A model generated the notes under the pieces. It worked only from the letters and a program-made list of their open reading frames with translations, was not told the origin of the DNA and ran no database searches. 64,000 nucleotides of DNA from an uncultured archaeon (GTDB taxonomy: Archaea; Aenigmatarchaeota; Aenigmatarchaeia; GW2011-AR5): NCBI GenBank assembly GCA_964373255.1, contig CAYJTG010000001.1, positions 82,768-146,767 of the forward strand, written 5' to 3'. The position numbers and the translations under genes are program-made. This document shows, piece by piece, positions 21,170 through 29,055 of the stretch. Position 1 is the stretch's first letter, and every line of letters starts with the position of its first letter.

Positions 21170-21698
21170 TCAGATTCTCGAATATCGAAGCAATCTTTCT
21201 TTCGGTCTCGTGCTGCTCTGTGAGCTGCTTCAGCTCCGTAGTGAGCTCCATGACGTCCTTCCAGAACTGGACATCCTCGTGCCGCTTCTCCTTCCGGAGC
21301 ACGGATACGTCCAGCTTCAGGTTCCTTCTTTCATTAGGGTCAGAAATAACAAGGCTCATGCTGTTCTTGTCGTCGATGTCCTTCTCTATCTCTTTTTCAA
21401 TGCTTCCGTGGAGCTGTGTCCTTACGTCTATGTTTTTTCTTATCTCGTCTATTCGCTGCTCCAGAAATTTTACTCGGTCAAAGATATTCCCGATGACATC
21501 AGAGCTGACAATCTTCAGCGGCTCTATCACATCATCCGTCATGCGCGGCATCGCCTGGTGCTCGACTACCGTAACTGTCTTCGGTCTTTTTGGCTCGTAT
21601 ATATCTTCGTCTGTCTTCTTTGCCTTCGCTGTCTTCTCTATGTCTTCTATTGTTTTGTACAGTCTTTCGTCTTTCTTGTACTTGTCAATTTCGTACAT
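21156..21698 (-). CDS. Coiled-coil protein, first gene of the HerA-like ATPase operon
   Basis: ORF, Glu/Lys-rich heptad-like sequence; overlaps the next gene by 14 nt. Confidence 0.4.
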   Translation of the reverse strand: MYEIDKYKKDERLYKTIEDIEKTAKAKKTDEDIYEPKRPKTVTVVEHQAMPRMTDDVIEPLKIVSSDVIGNIFDRVKFLEQRIDEIRKNIDVRTQLHGSIEKEIEKDIDDKNSMSLVISDPNERRNLKLDVSVLRKEKRHEDVQFWKDVMELTTELKQLTEQHETERKIASIFENLNEGE

Positions 21699-21779
21699 TT
21701 TACCACCTATAGATAGTTAACTTATATACGTTCCGCCGGAACGTATTTAAAGCTTTCGCCACTGCTTGGTGATATAAAC

Positions 21780-21960
21780 ATAATCCACCATCTAAAGATG
21801 GTGGTATTTCTTTGAAATACCACAAGATAATACATGGTGAAGCTACGCTTCACCTGTACAGGAGAATCTTCGATTCTCCATGTATTTGTGGATTATGTTA
21901 TACAGGTGAATACCATAATACCGCTGTTTCAAAACAGTGGTATTCACCATGTATAAAAAC
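21780..21960. repeat. Repeat family B copy 1 (~180 bp, internally palindromic: ccaccatctaaagatggtgg, ggagaatcttcgattctcc, catggtgaa...ttcaccatg)
   Basis: About 90% identical to the inverted copy at 38445..38620. A partial copy lies at 43905..43965. Confidence 0.7.
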
Positions 21961-21984
21961 TATTGCGTAAAAAAACTGCACGAT

Positions 21985-22135
21985 TGAAACAAACTGACGC
22001 ACGAAGTGCGTCTATCTGTATTGACAATGCCTCTAGCTGACAGTTGCAGAAAACGAAGTTTTCTGAACTCTTGGAAAGCTTCGCTTTCCACAGATATACG
22101 TCAACAGACGTATATGTCTACGTCGACCATGCTGT
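21985..22135. repeat. Repeat family C copy 1 (gaaacaaactgacgcacNNagtgcgtctatctg hairpin module + caatgcctctagctgac + acgtatatgtctacgtcgac module)
   Basis: Related copies at 23338..23483, 41755..41880 (inverted) and 47250..47355. Confidence 0.6.
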
Positions 22136-22209
22136 GAAGATCAGAGGTCTTCAAGCTCTCGACGAGCTACGCTCAGTCGCAGATGAACCCGTGGGTTCAA
22201 ATCTTAAAA

Positions 22210-22412
22210 GTGCTCCCGACGGGATTTGAACCCGTGTCCGCGACGGACTCCAACCATCTTCCAGTTTTCTTGATCAACCTTCTTTCCAAAAGAAGGTTGT
22301 GAGAGGCCGCTATCCTATCGGTTTTTCTTGATTGACCGGGATTTCCAACCTTTTCCTGGTTCTTTTGATTAATCTTTTCTTCCAAGAAAAGATTACTAGA
22401 CTACGGGAGCTT
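22210..22412 (-). tRNA. tRNA-like gene, apparently intron-rich or degenerate (canonical T-arm GGTTCAAATCC and 7-bp acceptor complementarity GCTCCCG...CGGGAGC-A ~200 nt apart)
   Basis: The 3' end reads ACGGGTTCAAATCCCGTCGGGAGCA. The 5' part reads GCTCCCGTAGTCTAGT, the same TA-GxxT-AGT architecture as the tRNA at 24148..24314. The body contains extended hairpins (aaccttctttNNNNaaagaaggtt). I could not fold a clean cloverleaf, so the isotype is undetermined. Confidence 0.3.
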
Positions 22413-22423
22413 CAATCTTACAC

Positions 22424-22514
22424 AGTATCTCCGAAAGTTGGATTACTGCCTGTTGGCAGTAATCCTCTACCGAGGTATACGCCAAGAGGCGTATACCTCA
22501 CTTTCGGAGATACT
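22424..22514. repeat. Repeat family A copy 1: ~90-bp element with 15-bp terminal inverted repeat (agtatctccgaaagt ... actttcggagatact) enclosing two perfect hairpins
   Basis: Copies at 39322..39413 and 48608..48698 (inverted), >90% identical. Confidence 0.7.
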
Positions 22515-22571
22515 ATTACAGAATTAAGCAGGAACGATTAAATAAATGAATTTTGTCGGCATTTATGAAAC

Positions 22572-23273
22572 TTACGCAACCGGAAATACCGACCCCAGAA
22601 GCAGCACAAATGCGGCGCCTAGGATAACAGAAATTATCACAACGGAATTGAATTTCTTATGGGCCTCCGGCAACAGGTCTGACGCGCCTATGTACAGGAA
22701 GTCTCCGGCCACAAACGCGAGCACCATTTCATTAAATCCGACTGGTATGATTCTTGACAGGGCTGCGCCTATCGGGTAAAGCACAGCCGCCACAGCAAGT
22801 ACTGCATATATTTTTGCCTTTGAGTAGCCGGCGTTCTTCATTATCACGCTGGACGCTATGCCTTGCGGGATCTCATGAACGACCACGCCTACCGTTATCA
22901 TCAAGCCTAAAAACGGGTTCAGCGCATAGCCGACAGCTATTCCTATCCCGTCAACTATGTTGTCCAACGCCATGCCAAAAACAGTTATTCCGCCGACCTT
23001 GTGTACCTCGCACTCGCTCTCGCCGCACGCGTGCAGCATCATAACCTTTTCAATTATGTAGAATGCAAAGAAGCCGACCATTACGATGGCTGCGTTGCTT
23101 GCTATGTTTATTTCAGGCAGTATGTCCACAAACGTCAGCGTTATCAGTATCCCGGCGGCAAACCCTATTATATATCTTGGCATTATCTTGCTGATCTTCG
23201 TGCTTCTGCCGAGCCAGCCGCCGAACAGGTCGGATAAGCCTGCTATTATCGCGTACAAGATCTCGAGAGCCAT
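22572..23273 (-). CDS. ZIP-family divalent metal (zinc) transporter
   Basis: HEIPQGIASSVIM and a His-rich TM signature typical of ZupT/ZIP. Confidence 0.7.
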   Translation of the reverse strand: MALEILYAIIAGLSDLFGGWLGRSTKISKIMPRYIIGFAAGILITLTFVDILPEINIASNAAIVMVGFFAFYIIEKVMMLHACGESECEVHKVGGITVFGMALDNIVDGIGIAVGYALNPFLGLMITVGVVVHEIPQGIASSVIMKNAGYSKAKIYAVLAVAAVLYPIGAALSRIIPVGFNEMVLAFVAGDFLYIGASDLLPEAHKKFNSVVIISVILGAAFVLLLGSVFPVA

Positions 23274-23337
23274 GGGTAGTAATTATGAAGCTGCAAATAT
23301 AAATTAGTGAAGGAAGACGTTCATATTCCTTTGTAGT

Positions 23338-23483
23338 TACCATCCTTCGGGCACTGTCAACTTAACGGCTGTTGAAACAAACTGACGCACTAAAGTGCGT
23401 CTATCTGCTTTGGCAACAGCCTTTTCTGGGTGGTTAGCAACAGCTAACCACCCTTAAGTTGACAGTGCCCATCCTTCGGGCGG
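23338..23483. mobile_element. MITE-like insertion: 12-bp direct repeats (ccatccttcggg) flanking 17-bp terminal inverted repeats (gcactgtcaacttaa...) around a family-C hairpin core
   Basis: The target-site-duplication-like flanking repeats and the inverted repeats are visible directly. The right inverted repeat supplies the last codons and stop of the glycosylase gene. Confidence 0.45.
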
Positions 23484-24071
23484 CTTTGTCTCTATGGATT
23501 TCCAGAGGTACAGCGACGCGTAGCTCCTGTAAGGTTTCCACCTTCTTGAGAATTTGTCCAGGTTCTTTGAGGACGCATCATTCATTTTGTATAACCTGGC
23601 TATAGCTTTTTTTATTCCGAGGTCGTCCGCGGGAAATACGTCCTGCCGTCCAAGAGAAAACATCAGGAACATCTCAGCTGTCCACCTGCCTATTCCTTTT
23701 ACCTTGACGAGCTCTTCCAGGACCTGCTCGTCAGACTGAAAATGAAATTTGTGCGGGTTTATTTCTTTCTTGATAAATTTTTCTGCAAGGTCTTTAATGT
23801 AAGACACTTTTGGGTACGAGAAACCTGCTTTTCGGATCTGCCCAGGCCTCAGCTTTGCAATATTCCAGGGCGTGATACTTCCACCGCACATCTTTTTCAG
23901 GCGTCCGTATATCGTGTCAGCCGCTTTGCCGGAGAGCTGCTGGTTTGCTATGGACAGCACGAGTACGTTAAAATAATCGCTCCTCTTTCTCAACGTCTGG
24001 ACGCCGTTGACGTCTATAATGGCCTTTAGTCTTCTGTCGTTCCTGAGAAATTTAGCGGCCTTCTTTGACAT
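23454..24071 (-). CDS. HhH-GPD superfamily DNA glycosylase (AlkA/3-methyladenine DNA glycosylase II-like)
   Basis: VKGIGRWTAEMFLMF...D helix-hairpin-helix Gly/Pro-Asp signature. Confidence 0.7.
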   Translation of the reverse strand: MSKKAAKFLRNDRRLKAIIDVNGVQTLRKRSDYFNVLVLSIANQQLSGKAADTIYGRLKKMCGGSITPWNIAKLRPGQIRKAGFSYPKVSYIKDLAEKFIKKEINPHKFHFQSDEQVLEELVKVKGIGRWTAEMFLMFSLGRQDVFPADDLGIKKAIARLYKMNDASSKNLDKFSRRWKPYRSYASLYLWKSIETKPPEGWALST

Positions 24072-24147
24072 CGTACCACCATATTTTTTACTTTCTTCAT
24101 TAGGAGGAAGTAAGACCTTAGAAGGAACCTAGGTTCCTTCTCGGTAG

Positions 24148-24314
24148 CGGGCCTGGAGGGATTCGAACCCCCGACTTCCACGTCCGAAGCGTGGCGCTAT
24201 GGACCCTTTTGGTCTATCCTGGTTTCTCTACCATCCCTAATATTTTATGAAGTTTCTTGGGGTTCACCAAGACCTTCTTTTCAAAGAAGGGATTGGTAAC
24301 TAAGCTACAGGCCC
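24148..24314 (-). tRNA. tRNA-Arg (anticodon TCG) with a ~95-nt non-canonical intron in the D-loop/D-arm
   Basis: Acceptor GGGCCTG/CAGGCCC + discriminator G. Anticodon arm CCACG-CTTCGGA-CGTGG. Variable loop AAGTC. T-arm GGGGG-TTCGAAT-CCCTC. Exon 1 is GGGCCTGTAGCTTAGTT and exon 2 starts ...GGTCCATAGCG. No encoded CCA. Confidence 0.6.
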
Positions 24315-24353
24315 GTAAATAGAAATTAAATTAGCAAACTTAAAAAGAAACTA

Positions 24354-25739
24354 TCACTTCAAAAATCTCTGCAAAATTCGCCTTATCGTCTCAGAGTCAC
24401 CGCGACCGTGCGTCTTCCTCATGATCTGGCCGACGAGGAAATTAATCGCCTCTTTCTTGCCGGATTTGTAATCAAGGATGGCGTTTGCGTTTTCACCGAG
24501 AACCTGCTCAACAACAGGTGTCAAGGCGACCTCGTCATAAATTCTCGACACGTTTTCTCGCTCGAGCAATACCTGAGGATCCTCGGGCCTGACAATCATC
24601 TCCCTCAGTATAAGCTCTGCGCTTGCCTCGGTTATGACTTTTCTTTTTACAAGGTCGAGTAGATTAATTATGTGCTCTGCTTTCACCTTCGTGTCCTTTA
24701 TTCTCAGGCTGTTGTAGTTCAGTGTTTTTTTGACCTCGCCTGCAAACCACTTTGCAGCAAGCAGCGGGTCGGCTTTCTTTATTACCGTCTCGAACATCGC
24801 AGCCAGGTCGGGCTCTGACGTGATGGAAATGGCAAGATCCAAACCTACGCCCAGTTCCTTTACATATCTCTCCAGTTTCTCTTCGGCGAGCTCTGGAATT
24901 GACGCCTCTATCTCTTCAATCCTGTCTCTAGGTATTGTTATGCGTGGCAGGTCTGTTTCTATGATGTAGCCGTAGTCCTCTTCCTCTTCTTTTGTGCGCA
25001 GGCTTCTTGTCACGCCTGCGTCAGCGTCCCAGCCGCGCGTTTCCCTGACGATAGACTTGCCTTTCGACAGCAGATTTTTCTGTCGCAGTATCTCATAATT
25101 CAGCGCCTTTTCCACGTCCTTGAATCCTGATATGTTTTTTACCTCAACACGGGCTTCGCCCAGGGATATGTTTGCGTCCACGCGCATCGAGCCTTCTGTG
25201 TTAGGATCGAAGACATCCAAGTACTGAAGCACGCTCGACAGCTCCTGCAGAAACAACCTCGCCTCGCGTGACGATGAAAACTCGGGCTCTGTAACAATCT
25301 CGCACAACGGCACGCCTGACCTGTTATAGTCGAGAAGAAGGTATTCTGCACGTGTGATTGTGCCGATGTGAACGATCCTTGCCGGATCCTCTTCAGCATT
25401 AATTCTGGAAATTTTTATTTTTTTGTTTCCTACTTTCAAAAAACCGTTCTGCGCAATCGGCACCTCGTATTGAGTTATCTGGAAATTCTTTCCCATGTCC
25501 GGATAGAAGTAAGTCTTGCGCGAGAAAAACATCTCCCGTGGAATTTTGCAGTGAAGCGCGATTCCTATCTTGAGCGCGTACTCTACGGCTTTCTCGTTCA
25601 GCCGCGGCTTTGTGCCAGGCAGCCCGATGCAGTAATCGCACGTCTGCGTATTTGGCTCGGCTGCAAATTTGTTGGTGCATCCGCAAAACAACTTTGTCTT
25701 TGTCTTCAATTGGACGTGACATTCTAATCCGATTTTCAT
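24354..25739 (-). CDS. gatB: Asp-tRNA(Asn)/Glu-tRNA(Gln) amidotransferase subunit B
   Basis: MKIGLECHVQLKTKTKLFCGCTN N-terminus with GatB-like sequence throughout. Confidence 0.85.
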   Translation of the reverse strand: MKIGLECHVQLKTKTKLFCGCTNKFAAEPNTQTCDYCIGLPGTKPRLNEKAVEYALKIGIALHCKIPREMFFSRKTYFYPDMGKNFQITQYEVPIAQNGFLKVGNKKIKISRINAEEDPARIVHIGTITRAEYLLLDYNRSGVPLCEIVTEPEFSSSREARLFLQELSSVLQYLDVFDPNTEGSMRVDANISLGEARVEVKNISGFKDVEKALNYEILRQKNLLSKGKSIVRETRGWDADAGVTRSLRTKEEEEDYGYIIETDLPRITIPRDRIEEIEASIPELAEEKLERYVKELGVGLDLAISITSEPDLAAMFETVIKKADPLLAAKWFAGEVKKTLNYNSLRIKDTKVKAEHIINLLDLVKRKVITEASAELILREMIVRPEDPQVLLERENVSRIYDEVALTPVVEQVLGENANAILDYKSGKKEAINFLVGQIMRKTHGRGDSETIRRILQRFLK

Positions 25740-25740
25740 A

Positions 25741-26304
25741 TTATTTCAGCACCTTGTACATCAAAATATCATCCATATATTTTCCTTTGCGCTTTATGCC
25801 GCGTGGTATTTTACCTGAATACACAAAACCAATTTTTTTATAAAGGTTCTGAGCGACTTTGTTTTTGTCATAGACCCACAAAAAAGCTATCTCTGATTTC
25901 AGGTTCTTCTTTGCTAATTCTAAAATCATCTGTGAGAATTTTTTGCCCAGTCCGATTCCCGTATATTCCTGAAGGATGCATATACCAAAGTTACATATGT
26001 GTTTGTTGGTCTCTGCTTTTGGAGTAAATGCAGTAGAGCTTCCTATTATTTTTCCATTATGCTCGGCGAGCAGGCAAACAGACATTTTATTTTTGTTTTC
26101 CTTAATCATATTTTTGACCCACTCGGCTTCGTCTTTTCTTTTTACAGGAGTAATTCTTGAAAGAAATTCGGTCTCCTTAATGACTTTATTGTAGAATTTC
26201 ATTATTTTGTCAACGTCGTTTTTTCTCGGTGCTCTGACAATTACTTCTATCATTTTTCCTTTCTTCTGCAAAAATAATCTGCTTGTAATATGACCTTCTT
26301 TCAT
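25741..26304 (-). CDS. GNAT-family N-acetyltransferase, inserted between gatA and gatB
   Basis: Acetyl-CoA binding motif GIGLGKKFSQMILELAKK. 2-nt spacing to the gatA stop and to the gatB start. Confidence 0.65.
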   Translation of the reverse strand: MKEGHITSRLFLQKKGKMIEVIVRAPRKNDVDKIMKFYNKVIKETEFLSRITPVKRKDEAEWVKNMIKENKNKMSVCLLAEHNGKIIGSSTAFTPKAETNKHICNFGICILQEYTGIGLGKKFSQMILELAKKNLKSEIAFLWVYDKNKVAQNLYKKIGFVYSGKIPRGIKRKGKYMDDILMYKVLK

Positions 26305-26306
26305 TT

Positions 26307-27710
26307 CTAATCACTCTTCTTCATGGAATTTTCAAAAGCCGATCCGATTTCTATCAGTTTCTTTTCGTTGAGATGGTCGGCAATCAGATGCAATCCGACG
26401 GGCAGATTTTTTGCAAATCCACAAGGCACGCTCATATGCGGCACGCCAGCAAGGTTAGGCGCCACGGTAAGCACGTCCATCTGGTACGCCTGCAGCGGCG
26501 ACAATTTTTTGATTTCTGAGAACTTCGGCGGCAGTATGGGCATGGTAGGCGCGGCTATGGCATCAAACCGCCTGAAGATTTTCTTGAAGTCGTTTATTAT
26601 GAGCGTGCGGACCTTCATGGCCTTTATATAAAATTTGTCTCTGTACCCGCTCATGCGGGCAAATGTTCCCAGCATAATTCTTCGCTTTGCTTCCTCGCCG
26701 AAGCCGTCTGTCCGTACTTTTGAAAAATATTCGTCGAAATTCCCGTGCAGTTCTTTGTGCAGGCCGTAGCGCAGCCCACAGAATTTTGCCAGGTTCGTAG
26801 ACGCCTCGGCCGTGGCGATAATGTAGTAAGCAGGCAGCGCGTATTTTGTCATCGGCAGTGAAACTTCTTTGCACTTCGCTCCCGATTCCTCCAGCTTCTC
26901 TATTGCTTTCCACACGCACTTTTCGACGCTTTTGTCTATATTCCTGAAATACTCCTTTGGCACGGCAATAGTTTTTCCCCGCACGTCATCTCTCACGTGA
27001 GCGGTGTAATCGTATTTTTTCGTGTTTATTGATGTGAAATCCCTGCTGTCGTGCCCGGAAATCACAGACAAAACCAGCGCGGTATCGAAAACATTTTTGC
27101 CTATAACTCCTATCTTGTCAAGGCTGTTCGCATAATCAATAAGGCCGTACCGCGACACAAGTCCGTAGGTCGGCGTCAGCCCTACAACGCCGCAGAACGA
27201 CGCGGGGCACGATATCGAGCCGCCTGTGCTTTCTGCCAGCGCAACGTGCGGAAAATTAGCAGCCGCCGTTAGTCCGGCTGCTCCGCCAGACGAGCCGCCG
27301 CACGTCCGCTGCGGGTCGTGCGGATTTTTCGGGATGCCGTAGGCCGAGTTCACAGAAAACGTTCCAAAGCCGAACTCGTCCTGGTTTGTCTTGCCGAGAA
27401 TGTTTCCGCCTGATTCCTTTATTTTTTTTACAGGCGTCGCGTCCATTGGCGGCATATAGTCCTCGAGGATTTTAGACCCCGCCCTGCTCGGCACGCCGGC
27501 AACGCATATGTTGTCCTTGACAGATACGGGCAGCCCAAAAAGGTTGTAAGAGAACGTTACATTTACAAAATTATCAAGATGCGCAAAAAAATTATACTTC
27601 TCGTTCAGCTTCTTTGACTCATCCAGAACGTGGTGCAGAAAATCAGCTCGGTCGAATCGCTTGTCTTCTGCCTGCTTCAGGTATTGTTCGACAGAAATAT
27701 TGTAGTTCAT
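26307..27710 (-). CDS. gatA: Asp-tRNA(Asn)/Glu-tRNA(Gln) amidotransferase subunit A (amidase signature family)
   Basis: GGSSGGAAGLTAAAN amidase signature, 467 aa. Confidence 0.85.
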   Translation of the reverse strand: MNYNISVEQYLKQAEDKRFDRADFLHHVLDESKKLNEKYNFFAHLDNFVNVTFSYNLFGLPVSVKDNICVAGVPSRAGSKILEDYMPPMDATPVKKIKESGGNILGKTNQDEFGFGTFSVNSAYGIPKNPHDPQRTCGGSSGGAAGLTAAANFPHVALAESTGGSISCPASFCGVVGLTPTYGLVSRYGLIDYANSLDKIGVIGKNVFDTALVLSVISGHDSRDFTSINTKKYDYTAHVRDDVRGKTIAVPKEYFRNIDKSVEKCVWKAIEKLEESGAKCKEVSLPMTKYALPAYYIIATAEASTNLAKFCGLRYGLHKELHGNFDEYFSKVRTDGFGEEAKRRIMLGTFARMSGYRDKFYIKAMKVRTLIINDFKKIFRRFDAIAAPTMPILPPKFSEIKKLSPLQAYQMDVLTVAPNLAGVPHMSVPCGFAKNLPVGLHLIADHLNEKKLIEIGSAFENSMKKSD

Positions 27711-27989
27711 GCTTCATAACTTGGCTCAAACGGATTTAATGTTAATGTGCTACAAGGAATGAACCGGTATACCAAATTCCTTGTGCACAGTACATGGTAA
27801 AGCAAAGCTTTACCTGTAATTTGAAAATCCTCCAGATTTTCAATTACAATTCGAATTCCTGGAATTCGAAATTGTACAAGCGAAACTTTGTTTCGCTATG
27901 TACTGTGATCCAAATCTATATAGCCCGATTCTTTATTTGGATCACATTAATTTCTGAAAAATCGTTCCTTAAAAAGAATATAGTAACGC

Positions 27990-28018
27990 TTAAATACTAT
28001 AGAATACTATAGAATACT
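27990..28018. promoter_or_regulatory. Three direct repeats (tagaatacta) immediately upstream of the antitoxin gene; probable operator
   Basis: atactatagaatactatagaatactatgg is visible directly. Confidence 0.4.
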
Positions 28019-28237
28019 ATGGTAACAACAATACAGATAAGCGAGAAGTTGAAAGAAAGGCTGGAAAAGAGGAAGCTTTACAAAAATGAGACTTACGAAG
28101 ATGTTCTTTTGGATTTGTTGGAAGACAGTATGGAATTATCCGATGAGACCAAGAAAAATATAGCACAAGCAGAAAAAGAGATCAAAGAAGGTAAAGGCAA
28201 AACTCTTGAACAGGTGAAGAAGGAGTTAGGTCTATGA
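28019..28237 (+). CDS. Type II antitoxin (RelB/ParD-like), 72 aa
   Basis: Small ORF overlapping the toxin gene by 4 nt (ATGA). Confidence 0.5.
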   Translation: MVTTIQISEKLKERLEKRKLYKNETYEDVLLDLLEDSMELSDETKKNIAQAEKEIKEGKGKTLEQVKKELGL

Positions 28238-28491
28238 CGTATGAAATAATAATCCTTCCTGTTGCCCAGCGCCAGTTAGAGAGGCTTGAAAAAAATGTTC
28301 AAGAAAGAATACTTAATTCTTTGGAAAGAATAAAAATTCGCCCGTATGATTTTGTTAGGAAACTCACAGGCTCGCCATTTTATAAATTACGTGTGGGTGA
28401 CTATAGGATTATTCTGAAAATTTTAAATGAGACCATGATAATTTATGTAGTGGAAGTTGGCAATAGAAAAAACATATACAAAAATATCTGA
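28234..28491 (+). CDS. relE: RelE/ParE-family type II toxin
   Basis: ...FYKLRVGDYRIILKILNETMIIYVVEVGNRKNIY matches the RelE consensus (YRLRVGDYRIIY...IGHRK.Y). Confidence 0.7.
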   Translation: MTYEIIILPVAQRQLERLEKNVQERILNSLERIKIRPYDFVRKLTGSPFYKLRVGDYRIILKILNETMIIYVVEVGNRKNIYKNI

Positions 28492-29055
28492 ATCATTTTT
28501 TTATATTTTTCTTCTTTTTCTTTTCAAAGCTCTTGAGAAGGATTGGGAGATCGTCCACGTTACTAACGACGTGGTCAAAGAAATTCATAGCGAGCCTCGA
28601 AAATGCAAAAAAATAATACACGTCTTCAGAGACCTCAATATAACGGTCAAAACGATATACGCGAAGAGGATTGGCTAGCTTACCTGCACGCCACTAGGCA
28701 TTATACGCATGGCGACAGTTTCCTGAACAATCATCCGCTGGCGTCAACGCAGGCGTAGGCGTTGCCTGAACCTGATAATTGTGAAACACTTAGATTATTA
28801 TTGACATCTAAGCGACCGCCTATCGAAACATCTGGTATCAATTTTATCAGAGGAGTCGTTCCTGGGCGCCCTCCGTCAGCGACTTCTCCGAATTGCTTCG
28901 CAATTCTCGACTTTTTCTTTCAGAAAAAGGGACTTAACAGCGCTTATACGGTTCCGCCTTCGCTCTGCCGCTCGGCTCCACTCCAATTTTCTCTACGAGA
29001 AAACTGCGCATAAGCCCGATGTTGTACGCAATCGGTCTCTCGGGCGCACTGAATA

